DNA of 64,000 bases. Source: Camelus ferus. Taxonomy: Eukaryota. A model generated the notes under the pieces. It was not told the origin of the DNA. It saw only the letters and a list, made by a program, of their open reading frames with translations, and made no database searches. The stretch is from assembly GCF_009834535.1 (NCBI RefSeq), contig NC_045696.1:46316001-46380000 (forward strand), in the 5' to 3' direction. The first letter of the stretch is position 1; each line of letters opens with the position of its first letter. The position numbers and the translations under genes are program-made. Shown here piece by piece: positions 49,986 through 63,542 of this stretch.

Positions 49986-50969
49986 TCGCTCTATTTTATA
50001 CTATGTACTGGGTATAGGAGGCTCTGTGTACAGGATGGATCAGCGTAAAGATCAGAGGCCTGTAAATGAATCCTGCCCTGGTTGAGAAGCAAAGCCAACG
50101 TTTCTGGGATTAACTCATATGCAGATATGTTTTTAAGCCTTGGTCATGTTGCCGGCACAGAGGTGCTCTGGTGACCGCAGCTTCCAGATCATACTTAGCT
50201 GTTTATTTAAATGTCGTGATTAACGTACTTTTATGAACACATTATCAATGAAGAAAATGGAGTTTATGATAGAATTATTTCTTGTATGCTCTCGCCCTCT
50301 ACCTTCTTCCCTTGTCACTAAAGCTGGCATATGTCATGAATCACCCTCATGTATGCTATTACAATTAGGGCTGATTTTATTTACAAATAAATAAAACAAA
50401 TAGTTTGCATTTCCACCTCCTGTTTTTGGAATTTTCTTATTCAGACTTCCTCTTTAAGAGGTGGTAAAATTCTGGTTTTGTGGTCTTAAAATAAACCTGT
50501 CATGCATTTTATTGAGTGGTGTCGGAGATGGGGAGAACAAACATTTCCCCTGAGAAGCAACCAGTGGCATTAGCTCTCTCCTTTAGAAGCTGGCCAGACC
50601 AAGGCATCCCTCTTTGGCTCTGACGCATCACTCAAGACAGGTACCCCCTTACTCCCTCTACAGTTCAGTCTCATTTAGGGCATGTTTATTTAAAGCAGTT
50701 TCACATCTGCACAATTAATAAATTACTGTGCTCTAATTTGCATTTCTGATGTCTGTAGTAAGCACAGCAAGTTCCCCTTTGCCCTTACAAAAACAGCTTA
50801 GTCTGCCCAAGCTTCCTAGAGCTGAATAAAAATTTCTTCTGAGAGACTTTCTGCATCTTTAGCAGAGTCTCCAAGTAAAGGCTGAAAACTTATTTGCTCT
50901 CATCCTTTTTGTTAAGTCGTCAAATCTTTCTTTACTGCAAGTTTGTCACCCTTAAAGCACAATAGTAAT

Positions 50970-51180
50970 ATATTGCTTACATTTGTTATTGGAAGCTAGA
51001 GTTTACGTTGTGATTTCTCTGACATCTTATTTGCTCTTTGTAACTATGTTGTGAGTAGATAGTAGGGTATCATTTACCCCATTTTTGCAGATGAAGAAGC
51101 AGGCTCAGCGTTGTCAAGTGCATGGACCCAGGTCACTGAGTTTGCAGTGGCTCCCCTGAGACAAAACCCCTGTATTCTGA
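50970..51180 (-). mobile_element. MIR SINE
   Basis: CCCCATTTTTGCAGATGAAGAAGCAGGCTCAG...CCCAGGTCAC. Confidence 0.75.
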
Positions 51181-52369
51181 CCATTCCTCTAGAGAACTGC
51201 CCACTGTGCAAAGCAGAAGTTATCTTATTTAAACTAAGATTTTTTTTCTTTTACTTATTTTCAACCTGATAAGTTATTGTAAATATTTGGAACAGCAGTG
51301 GCATACACAATATGGTTGTTTAATTGTTAATGCTCTATGGGCTATAAAATATCAGTGAAAGGGGCCTTAAATTTGTGGTGTATTTAAATCTATCTGTGTA
51401 TTTAAATAAGTGTTCTCAGATCATGTGGAAGGACTGTCCATTTGACTTCACTTTTTTACAGCTTGTGATGGAAAATTAAATGCATAGAGACCACACACTG
51501 ACAAAAAATGTGCTTTGAAGTGTATATTAAGGATTCTTAAGTGAGATTTGGATTATGTATCGGGGCCATTTTTTTCCTGTGAGACATATTTCTGAAATTA
51601 TAATGAAAATTAATTGGAAAATGTGAATTGATACCTAGATATCTGAGCTACACCCATTTTTGGAACACATTCATATTCTAACGTGATATCAACTGGTGTT
51701 TTCAAACACGTGATGGCAAGTGCTAAAGTTTTTTTCTTTTTAAATTTAAAAGGCATTTTAACTTGGCACTCTGTAGGAAAGGAACGTTTCACAGGCCAGT
51801 TAGAGGATTCAGTATCACACTGCTGCCAACTATCCAAGAGAAGATACTTCTATCCAAAAATTGCGACAGGATCAATTATTCAATTAATATTTTACATAGT
51901 AGAAAAGTTTTATTTGTTAGAATCTTATCTCAAAGTTCCCCAAGAGTAAAGAGGCTTACTAATTATTGTACTGTGGGAGAATGATAAGAGATTGATTGCA
52001 TTAGGGCTCCAGAAACCATTTTTATTTAACAGATGTAAGGTCTAACACAAAAACAACTTATTTAGAATATTTCTATACGTTTCTTTTACTTCAACTTAAT
52101 TTTTATAATTTGATTTTGAATATTTATACCAACTCTGGGACATGGTGTAGTATTACTGGCAAAAGAAGAAATTTGTTGAATTGCAATTTGAAGAAAAGCC
52201 GGAGCATGTGTTTATTGAAGAAGGCATATAACGATGGAAGGGGTTAGAAGCTCTGAACTTTCTTTTCTTTACTTTGCTTTTCCTTTAAAATGGGGTATGC
52301 AAAATAAAAGTCACAAGAATAATGAGACAGAGTTCCCCCTCACCTTCAGTTTTGAAGTAGTCCCTCTCT

Positions 52370-52520
52370 TTCCACCTTGAAACAGCCTGTGAGGGAGGAA
52401 TTATCTCCGTTTTAGGGGAGGGAATTGAGTCTCAGAGGCTCAGAGTCTCAGAGGCAGCTTGCCCAAGGTCATTCTTCCGGTAAGTAGTGGAGCTGGCATT
52501 CCATTCCAGCTTGTTCTGTC
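52370..52520 (-). mobile_element. MIR SINE
   Basis: AACAGCCTGTGAGG...ATTATCTCCGTTTTA...CTTGCCCAAGGTCA...GTAAGTAGTGGAGCTGG. Confidence 0.8.
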
Positions 52521-55500
52521 TAAGGAGGCCACGCTCCTGCTCACTCCCTTCACTGCCTCTTGTGCTGCCCACATGGCCTTTGTACCAAGGAGGCAGCCGG
52601 CAGAGTGCCCTGTACTGGTCTTGACTCGTACTGAAATGTAACGTTGAGGTTCTGGCCCAGGATAAAAGTACTCTTGTCTCTTTGTCGAGCAGATTGCCAT
52701 ATTCACATTGAGTTATTCATAACTACTTCTGAAATCATTCTAAGCATATGATAAACTTCTAAAGTTAAAAAAGTATTCTAAGAGGTGAAATAGCTGCAGT
52801 TTAAAAAAAAATAATGTCGTGCCGCATCATAAAAAAGACAATAGTTTTAGAATTCAGATAATTTATATTTAAAGAGAATAATAGAATTTGAGCTCTAGAA
52901 GGGACATTGCAGATGATCTTGGAGTCCTATAATCCATCACTTTAAATTTGAAGAAAGCAAGGCCCAGATTAAGGAACTGGGACCCAGGCCATGTGAGTGG
53001 CAGAGCTAGAACCAAGACATAAGACTTCTGATTTGGTGTTTTGCTCGAGAAATCTGCTTAGCTCCAAAAGTATGTAGAAAATATTTTTAGTCAGTTGATA
53101 GCACCATTTTCATAGCAGGAATATGTGTCCTTTTTTTGTGTGATGTTGTTGATAAATGGTTAAAAAGACAGAAGAACTAAAATGTTATATATTGTTAGAG
53201 TAGAGTTGTATGCAATACATTATGCATATTAACTTTGAAAGCATTTTTTTATTGTACTAGTTGACTTATAATTTATTTAGTAGTATAACATAATTTTGGT
53301 AGCTAACAGATACATGGCTTTGGTTTAGTTCCCTGTGTCCTTCGAAAACAGAGGAAGAATTTGTAAAACAATAACACATTGTTAAAAGGCGTGCCAGTTT
53401 ATCAAATGCCATAAGTTTATTACAGTTTGGTCTTAGGAAAAACCATCCCAGCCTTACAGTAGCTCATCCTAATCTTAAGCAAAAGAGCCTTTAAAGTTAT
53501 TCTAGGACTGTTAGATTTTGTTCTGTCCATGAAAGCTGTTGATCAGGAGGAAGAAGTTTTAAAACCCTAACAGATTTAGTTGTGAAAAATGATTTAACTG
53601 CTTTGTGTACTGCGACGCCTCATGGTGGCCTGATTAAGAAACTACTATAGCGAAACTGAAGTGACTACATTCCTTGTAACTCTCCCCGAATTCCCTCGAA
53701 TGTTGGTAACTAAACATTGGTGAGTTAAGACCCTAGATAATATTGTCAAGGTTTGTGTTTTTATGTTTCATTTGGAAGAAATTAACCTCTGCTCTGCAGT
53801 TCAGGGAGGAAGCCTGGTATACCTTATCAGAGCACTGCTCCTGGGAGTTCATCTGGGGAGTGGCCATCCTCCAGCCTCGAATTTCCAGAGAATAAGAGCC
53901 AGGTAGTTTCAGCAACTGCTGGCTTCCTCTACTTTCTGTGTAAATTAGAAAAAAGTCACCTTTTCTTGAGGTAGTCTAGTTCCAAATGTTGGAAAGTTGT
54001 CATAATAGGTTGGTTTTTTTGAACAAGACACTTTACTGCCTTTTGGCAGGAAATCATCATAATACATATAGAGATAGATGCTCTCTAGTGTAAACGGCAC
54101 CTCCTAGGGTTGTGCAGAGCACAACTTACCCAGCTGTACTTAGAGATCCTGCAGGGAATTGTATCTGAAGAGATTGTCTTTAGACATCAGATATTAAAAC
54201 ATCACATCTAGAAAACTATAAATACAGTTCTAGAATATAAAATGCTATTTATGAAATCATTATTATTTTTTAGTTATAAACATAATAAAAATTGTCTCTA
54301 TTGGAGTGGAATGGAGTACCCTACCTCTGCAGTGTACCGACAATAGGCTCTATATTCTATTACACATCTTTTAGCCCAACCAATTTAATATATTTTCAAA
54401 GTTAGTCTGTCTTTTAGAGTTCTGATTAAAGAAGAAAATTTTTTGACCTTTATGAAGGAGCTTTCCTTTATTAAATGGGTGCAGTAATAGAATGCTGAAT
54501 GACTTTAAGCATCCACCTCTTTTATCCATCATTAAAAGTTAATTGTCACATCATGTAAGTGCAACTTGATGGGATTTTTAACGTACCAAAAATTGGCAAC
54601 CTGTGATGAGGAAAGTATGCTCTGTAAGGACTTGAGTTAAGAGAATGAAAGGAAAAATGAACTTTTTATAAATCTTAAGTGGCAGCTAAATGGAAATAAA
54701 AGCTTTTAATTTTTGTGGGGGGATGCTGATAGCAGAGCAGTACCTTATGTTTAGTTGGAAGCAGAAGGTTTCAGAACGCATCTTGTCTGATGTGAGGGCA
54801 GTCGTTCGGGCCACTCAGGATTGTAGAGGTTTAGTCCCCTACATGTTTAGGAAGATAATAATGCATTCACTATCTTTGTGCTGGTCCATGGAATTATTTT
54901 CTTAACAGGAGCATTAATTACCTTTCTCATTCTTATTTAAGGAGTGGCAGTTGGTGGGATATTCAGCAGGAAATCCATTACCCTTTTGTAGTCTGTGGTG
55001 CTTCCCTGGTTGAGTTTGAGCCTTGCCCAATAGGTAGTGTTGATGCATTAAGTAGGTAAAACCACAGTTGTGCTGGGTCTTTCATTCAGCTCTGTGACAT
55101 GATTGTAATTACTAGGCTCCAAACAAAGATTTTGAAATGTATTCTCTTACCAGTCCTCCTCACAGTTTGGGAGAAAGAGCCTTAAAGCATTGCTGGTTTG
55201 TAAAAAGCAGAATGTTTGTTTACAGTAGCCCAAAGGCGTTAATTGTTTCTAGTGGCAATACTAAGCAGGAAACCTCAAGGTAATCCTTAGCCTTTTACTT
55301 TTATTTGGGTCCCACTGGCCAGTGACCAGTTTTCCCACACTGTAATGCCTAACCTGGCCAGAACTTTCCTGCCCGCTTCCTGGCTCACAGAAGACTGGTT
55401 CCATAATGTTAAGTTTGCATTCGTACCCTTATCTCTGCCTTCTGAAGATTAGCTCTAAAACCTGGGAGCCACTGACCATCTGTATTTTGATTCCTCAACT

Positions 55501-57349
55501 ATTTAGACTTTGCTGAGATGTACTGCTGAGATGACATTTGTACTCTAGTCATTCCTGGCCATAAATTACTAGTTTTTAGATTTTATTTTTACTGTTGCCA
55601 TAATTTTAGGAAATGTTAGTGTGAGTAACTTAAGGACCATGGTTTTTAAAGCCCTTTGTCAGAACACTGGTTATTTCCTTACTTTATTGGCTAAATAGAA
55701 CCGAGGATTTTTAGATTTCATGATACACAGGGTCACATGATTAAATAAATCCTTATCAGGTGGTTGTGTGACAGATCATTTTAGGAAATATGACAAAATC
55801 ACTTTATCTCACATGAGACAGATAATTTTTTGCAAGAAATTCATATCCTCTTTTGGATTTCTTTTACTTTCTTTTTAGGTTGTGATTATGAAAAGGATTG
55901 GGTCTTCTAAATCACCTTCGTAAAAATCCATAGTAATCACAATAATGCAAGAAAAATTTTTTGTTAAATATGTCTTATTAATTTAAAAAAGTATGAGTTA
56001 ACTGTTTGATCATATTTGGAAAACTGGTTGTCATGCTGGGCCTTGGATTCAGCATACCTGTAGAACTATCTTATTTCATTACAACTGTGATACAGTTATT
56101 GTACCTGAAAATAATGTATGGTCCTTTAATCCCCCCAGCTCCTGCTGTATATTCAGAAGAAAAAGTGATTATATTGATTTGCTGAGTAACTTTTTACCCA
56201 ACCAGTTTGTGTTATGGTCTGTTAACATAACTGCTCTGCTAGTTTATTTATTCGGACTTGTGAGTAATGAGTATTTTAGGTAAACTTCATAATGTTCAAG
56301 ACTGTTTGAAGATTAATCAATACTTATTTCTGTGCTTTAAAATGTATTAGTGCTATTCAAGTAACAGTTGCCTAAACAAGCTATTTTACAGTGAGGTAGT
56401 GCTCGGAAAGTATTTGCTTTGACAACATGAACTAAAACTCAAACATTCTCAAAATTTTAAAGATTTATACTATAAATAAATAATATATAAATCTTAGCTA
56501 AGCTTAGGATGATGGCATAAATTATAGTTTTCTTACAGAAATTTAAAAAAAGTTCAGGAGAATTTACAGTGGTTCTGAATCTTACTTTTAGTAAATTTAT
56601 GGTATTGGTGACCATTCACTAAGTACCTGTTTGGTGGATGAAATTATTGAACTTTGTCTTATTGTAGTTGATGATTGTGCCTTACATGACCGAACAGTGC
56701 CTTCTCCAATACCTATCAAGACGCATTTGAGAGTTACTTAGTGGATGAGTGAAATGTAAGGCTGATTTCAGAGTTTTGTAGGCTCGTATAACATATAATT
56801 TTAAGATCTGATTAGATCTTTCCCAGATCCTCATGAAACCTATGCAGTTGGTTTTTCTTTTTGTTTTATATTTGTCTTACCCTTCAAGAAATCAGTAAAA
56901 TCTTACATTAAATATAACATATATTTACTGCCTATTGTATACCAGGCACTCTTCTGTGTACTTTCAAATATCTCACTTTAAAAATCATAGCAAATTTTTG
57001 CTGTTAGATATAATTTATCCAACCGCCCCGTCCCGTCCTCTCCCCTCCCCTCTCTCCTTCCCTCATCTTTCTTCCTCCTCTCTCACAGTTTTGAAACTAA
57101 GGCTCTACGAGGATGAGTAACTTACTAGGATAACACAGGAGGGGTCAGCATCTAAATCCAAGGCCAATTCCCTTTCCAGTGTCCTCACTTATCCAAGGAA
57201 TCTTAATCCTGAACCCTTTAATATCTCATTCCTGAAACTGTTGCTTCCTGTCCCCCCTCATTTGCTTGGTTTCTTTTTCATGATTTAAAATGGTATTCTG
57301 GGCCCAGCCACACTTCAGAAACCTAATTAAGTTGGTCTTTTAATATCTA

Positions 57350-57590
57350 CCTAGGAGGTAGCATGGTTTAAAAGTATCATTGTGTGTCAGACAAGCCCTG
57401 TCTGAATGTCATCTCTGCTACTTCTTAGCTGTGTGAGTTTGAGCCAGACACTTAACCTCTTGGTGCTTTGGTTTTCTTGTCTATAAACAAGAAAAATAAT
57501 AGTTACTTTTTAAAGTTGTTTTGAAAATTAAAAAGTTATAACACATGTAAAGTGGTCAAGTGCTTTGCATATAAATGCTTAGCATCTGTA
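57350..57590 (+). mobile_element. MIR SINE (near full length)
   Basis: TCTGCTACTTCTTAGCTGTGTGA...CACTTAACCTCT...AATAATAG...ACATGTAAAG. Confidence 0.85.
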
Positions 57591-57814
57591 AATTTATACT
57601 CCTTTGTAAAAAAGACACTCCTGCTTTTGTTGGGTGTATTTAGTACATCTGTGTTTATGTGTGTGTTCATTTGTCTATTCATATGTATAACGATTATCTT
57701 ATAATCATTTATGTATGAAAACAAAAATCAGAAGACAAATGGCTTTCTTGGAGGTGGAGGGAATCCCAATAATAGGTAGTATTATACACTTAAAGATAAA
57801 TAATAAGAGAATTC

Positions 57815-58070
57815 TAGCATTCATTGAACAAACATTTGTTGAGGTCCTCCTATGGGCTAGGCTGTGTCCTAGTCTCTGGGACTATGGTAATAATAAGATG
57901 GTTAAAAAAATGCTTCCTGGATGGAAGGTACCTTCTTGTGAGGAAAAACAGACAATAAAACAAGTAAGCTGTATGATACGTTAGATGGTAATATGTTACA
58001 GGAAAAATAAAGCACAGGAAGGAGGGTGTGAGGTTGCAGTTTTGAACGGTGGTTTGTGATTAGAGAGGGG
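57815..58070 (-). mobile_element. L2 3' end
   Basis: CATTCATTGAACAAACATTTGTTGAG...CTATG...CAGACAATAAAACAAGTAA. Confidence 0.85.
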
Positions 58071-59738
58071 TCATACTCTGTCAGGAACTGTACACGTCCA
58101 GGAGGGGTTCATACAGAGATGGCGAGCAGAGCTTGGTGCTGACCTCAGGAATGCCCTTTCCTCTTCCAGGAGCCGAGTATCTTTTTCTGTACCTTTTTTA
58201 GAGTGCCTCTGGCTCTTGGAGACATTCCTGCTCAGCATGAAAGGTGGTACAGAAGTTTGTACCTGGTGGCAGGCTTTGGGGAATCTACTATTATGCTTGG
58301 AAGAGGATGCCTGGTACTCTGCATGGCTTTCTCTGTAGTTGGCCGAGTTAGGGGGAAACCATGTGCATTCCTTGCAGCTAAAGTACTCGCTCATACTTCT
58401 CAAGACTTTTCTTTGAAATTCCCTGGTAGCAGTCAAGTGAGCTAGTAAGGAGACCTTTCAGACTGAGAAGAGTAAGTGTGCTGTCAATTGCCTTTTTTTC
58501 CAACTGAATGAGAGGAAGGTACATTTAAATTTTAAATTACTTTATGAAGAACCAGATTAAGGAGAAGAGGAATAGTGGTGAACTAATACTTTTAAAATAC
58601 TATTTTCTCCCCCCACCACAATCATTTATAAATCTATTAACTTTTTCAACATGTATTTATTGAGCAACTGCTGTGTGAATGTTACCAAGAAGATACAGGT
58701 GGATAAGGTGATATCCTTGCTCATGAGGAGTGTATACAGTAGGGAGGGGGAGGAAGTACAGAAATAACCTCCTTATGAGATATTAATGAGCTTACACAGG
58801 GGAATTGGGCATAGTGGGTGCTCAACACCTGTGTGTTGACTCTTGGATCACGTGATTAGTAACTCAGGAGAGGTAAAGACAATAGTATGCTAAAAGGAGG
58901 TCAGATAGGGAGCAGTAACATCTGACTTCATTGTTAGGGAAGTCTTCATGGGAACTGGAAATGGACCTTAGAGATTAAGTGGGATTTGAGCATACCTGCT
59001 GAGTGTGGGGAGATTACTTTATTTGATTTTGTATTTTCAGCAGGTGGTAGACAGGAGACTGTCAACAAATGTTTGTTGGATGAATAAATAAGGGGAAAGG
59101 ACAATCCTTGTGAAGGGAAACCTAGAGCAAGGGCATGGTAGAGATTGGGATGCCCAGGAGCCTCTAGGAAAGTGTGACTGCAAGGGAAATATGCTTTAAG
59201 GTAATAAAGAGTCAGAACCTAGGAGGTCATAATTGTCAGGCCAGGCAGTGGAGGAGTGTGGAAACAGGCTCTGTAGCCTGCACCCTGTACCGGTAACACT
59301 GGAGCTGGGAGGGGTGGCAGGAACACCAGGTGAGGAAACTATTACAGCATAAGAAGCTGGAAGTCGTTGGGAACTCATGTAGGGTGGCCAGAGGAATTGT
59401 AGAGACACCAGTGGACCCAAGTGATATTTTAGACTGAATTGACAGCACACTAAAGTACTTCAGCTGTATCTCAGTGGAAATGATTTTTGAATGCCTTCTT
59501 TTGCCATAGGAACTCTTTTTGAGAAAATGAAAGCATCAAATCAAATTTACTGGAACAACTCTTCTAAGAGTTTAGCGCTATCTAAAGTCATGTTCTCAGG
59601 AACCCTTATAAACACTGTGAAAGCAAAAAAAAGTTGTATTAGTGTTTAGGTAATGTACAGCAGAGTTCAATTTTTATATACTAAAAATACAGTTTTATAG
59701 CTCTTTTGAGCCCTTTGTGTATTGTTATAAATACACAA

Positions 59739-59755
59739 ACACACACACACACACA
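59739..59755. repeat. (AC)n microsatellite
   Basis: ACACACACACACACAC. Confidence 0.9.
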
Positions 59756-61493
59756 CCAGCAGAGAAGAGCAGAAATACAGAAATAACTACAAATCAGTTA
59801 CTTATTTGATGCTGCATCTTGAATCAGTAATGTAGCCCAATGGTAAAACTGTTGGGTTTTTTATGTAAAAATTCTTTCTGATCATCAGTTTTATGAAGTG
59901 GTTTCCAAGAAAGCATTTCAGGAAGTTTTGTGTTTTGTTTTGTTTTGTTTTCCATTTAAAGAAAAAAATGTTTTTGAATAGTAACCTTTGAATAGTAATG
60001 CTATTTAGGTTTCATTTAGTACAGTACATTTTTGTTAAGAAAAGCATTTTTAGAAAAATCATATCAGCTTTTGCCTTCACATCTAGCATAAATGTGTAAG
60101 ACTGTGAGGAGAAACAGTATAAAAATGTAATATGTATGATCTTTTCCCTCCAGTGTCACAGACCTCATCAGTATACTCATGTGCTAGGGTGGAAGTCCTG
60201 AAAATTGAGGAACCCAGGTTCCAGCCCTGGCTTTCATGGTACTGAAGTGTGTAATCTATGTCAGACACTTTACTTCAGCAGGCCTCAATTTTCTCATTCA
60301 TGAAATAAGGGTCTGGCCTGAAATGATCATGAAGGTCCTTCGCAGGGTAACTCCTTGTGCCTCTCTGACCCATTAGAGGCACACAGGGAGGAATGGCTCA
60401 TAAACATTGACAAATTGTAATATTTCAAATTCAAAGTATTTAGTATTCTTCCTGTGTTCCTGACTTGTATCTTTTCCACGTAGGAGGCTGAAAGGCCCAT
60501 GTTTACTTTTGATGCAGAACATTGCCCTTTTCTGAGCAGAGTGCAGGGCACATGGAGGATGCCCCCAGTGAATAATTGCTGGGTTTGTTTCAGCTGTGAG
60601 AGACATTAGTTTGTTAGGGATTATTCTTAGTCTTGGTTTGATCCTCTACTGATGTCAGAGAAGCAGTTGAAACAACTCTTGCTGTATCAGAAGTAAACTC
60701 TTGAATGGATAATCACAGAAGCCATTACATTCACTCAGGGAACATTTATTGAGGTCCTGACATTGGCTTGGGAGGCATGATATTAAGCTGTGGGAATATA
60801 AAGTAAGTAAAATAGGTATGCCCCAGCACCAGCTTCCATAGTAGTAGAGAAAATGGGCATTGCGACTTAGTCCAGATAGATATTACTGCACAGGTGGGAA
60901 AGTGTGAAATCAAGTGACCGTCCTCTACATCATTGTTAAAAGTAAAGTTGTGTTTTTAAAACAATGTCCAAGTTAGTAAAAGTACCTAAAAATTGAAAGA
61001 TAATAGGACTTATCCCAGCTTCCCCTCCCCCAGCTTAAGGTTCTTTCTCTTGAAGTCAGATGACAAATTCTCACCTGGTTTCTTCGTATTTCCCGTGTTC
61101 AGGCCTGAAGAACAGAGACATTTCAGCTAATCTCAACAATGATGACAGGAAGCAGGGACATATGTAGTCTCTAAGGACATTGCAGCTCCAATTATTTAGG
61201 AATTTATAGATCAAAGTCATTTTTGCTGAGGTAGCAAAGACTTCATTTTTACCCACCCTTTAAATGCTGTACTTCATTTGGCTTCATAAGGAGAAAACTC
61301 CATTTCAAAAATTGTATTTTGGAGTAACAGAGTGACCTCAGGTTGGTAAAGATTTGCTAAATCTGAGTTTTAACAGACTGGGCAGTAGTGAAAAGTTTGA
61401 CTTACTTGGTATTTAGACATCCCATTAAAGTGAATAATACCAGTTCTCACTGCATTCCACTGATGTTTAACCATTTTTATAAATTCTTCTCTA

Positions 61494-61524
61494 TAATAAT
61501 AATAATAATAATAATTATAATAAT
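61494..61524. repeat. (AAT)n microsatellite
   Basis: ATAATAATAATAATAATAATTATAATAATA. Confidence 0.9.
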
Positions 61525-61529
61525 AGTAA

Positions 61530-61725
61530 ATGCTACTGTTCTTTGAAAATTATGTACCAGACAATGTGGCATCTTATTTAATCTTTACAGTAATACTGTA
61601 AAAGAGATATCATTATTCCCCATTTTACCTGTGAAGCACCTAAGACTGCAAGTGGTTTGGCTGTATCTTATCCATACATGCTTTCTATGTTCAGGGTTTG
61701 AATTCTAGTCATTCTGACTCTAGAG
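61530..61725 (-). mobile_element. MIR SINE
   Basis: TCTTATTTAATCTTTACA...ATTATTCCCCATTTTAC...GGGTTTGAATTCTAG...CTGACTCTAGAG. Confidence 0.75.
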
Positions 61726-63476
61726 TCTAAGTGCAATTTGCCACTTTCCCCCCTGCTCTCACGTAATTATGGCTAATATCTAGGCCTGTGCTTTTTAATG
61801 GCTGGGCTAAAGGACAGATTGTGTAGATGAGGCTTGTGACTGAGGGCACCCGAGGGAGGAGAGACTGGAGCTTTAACAGGAGAGAGGTGGGTTTTAAAAG
61901 TTGAAGTGAGAACAAGGAAGCAATAGTCATGGGGAGAACCCAAGTCAGCAACTGAAAGATACTGCATCAGACACTATAAAGTGAAAGGGCAGATGAAGAG
62001 GTAAATAAATGAGGTTTTGAGGTGTAGCTACCTACCACTACTGCCTCAACAGTTGCCTCCCTGGTCTCTTTCTGAACAAATCAGAATCTTCAGGGTAGGA
62101 TCCAAGAATTTGTGTATTATTCACAAGTCCTGCAGATGATTCTGCTGTGCCCAAATGCTAGTAGGATATGGCTAAGTATGTGGAGAGAGTGAAATGAATG
62201 AAATGGGATTTGGGATCTAAACCCAGGAGTGCTGAGTATGTGGAGGGCTGTTCTTTTTCTGAAGAGGAGAGCTGAACACCAGTGAACAAAAGAGACAGTG
62301 GTGAGGGGCTGTTGATTACAGACGTGGGATGTTATTCATTCTTAGGCTGTAAACTCTTTTCTGGCTATTTGAAAATGAACTGATCTTTTTCTGTTATATT
62401 TTCTGTGTGTAATGTGGGTCTATGTTAAATGACCTGGTACCCAAAGAGATTTTGTTGTAGATGAGCTAATATCATTTCACTTAATTTTTTGAGCACAATA
62501 TTAATTTTAAGCAAAAGATATGGTTATTCACTCAGCTTAACTTTTATGGATTTTATTAATTCTTTAAATTATTTATTCTGTCTAGTTTCATTAAATCTTT
62601 AATTCTACAAACTTATTTTTTAGATTTCTAACAATGATGTTATTTCAGAAAGATGGTACTATTCTAGGTTTGCTTTGTGATTTTTTTTAATTTTTATTTT
62701 AATGCTCCAGGTAAGCAGCTACCATGAGTAACTCTGGAGGAGTGGCTGTATCTTATGGTTTGTAAATACTTTAAACTTGCTAACAGTAATTTTTTTCTCT
62801 AAAACCTCGAGTGATAGAAAAGAAGATGATATGGAAGTGAATCTGTGGGAGGACTATCCAGAAGTAATATTGAATCTGGTGATGGGGTTTTCCTGAGGTC
62901 TTTTTATCCACAGCAATTATTATAACATCATTTTTTTTTTTGCCTTTCTCCATATTGTCTAAATCTCTTTACTACATAAAAAAATATTTTTGGCAGGAAA
63001 TAAATCCATGCAAACGACTGAGAATGGCTTTATCTTAACATGGCAATCCGTCCTTTGGAAAAAAAAATCTTTGTTTCTACTTCTTTTTTCAGAGTATTTC
63101 TACTCAGCCAAAGCCTCCTGTTTGAGGTTTAGTTGTTCGATTTCCCACCCTATCTTACCCTCTCTATTTGCATGTAGACTAACAGTTTTGAATAGGATGG
63201 GGTGAGAACAGAATATTTGACCAAATAAAATAACACAGTTGGGTTACTTTTCTTGTGCCTGCCTCTTGGTTTAAGGTTTTAGATATACCTATTTTACAAA
63301 GGAATTTGTAGATTTCCAAGGGCACTTTAGAAAGGAAAAGTGATGTGCAAAGGTCAAAATAATTCACACAAGTTGGATTCTTCATTAAAGACCCTAGAAG
63401 AAGCTTGAGTGCTTGTTAACTTTTTCAAGAAGACATTACTATGATCACATCACTACTATGATCATGAAGGTCCAGC

Positions 63477-63542
63477 AACAAAAAATTATTCATCAGAAGG
63501 CAGAAACAAAAAATTATTCATCAGAAGGCAGAAACAAAAAAT
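63477..63542. repeat. Perfect 28-bp tandem duplication
   Basis: AACAAAAAATTATTCATCAGAAGGCAGA twice (63477-63504, 63505-63532) plus partial AACAAAAAAT. Confidence 0.97.

Noticed and set aside
55850..55884. Recursive splice site at TTTTTAG|GTTGTG
   Set aside because: The acceptor is strong but the regenerated donor is poor; the same applies to 37590 (GTACTC) and 59043 (GTGGTA)
63477..63542. CRISPR-like 28-bp repeats
   Set aside because: Directly tandem with no spacers, only two copies, in a mammalian intron
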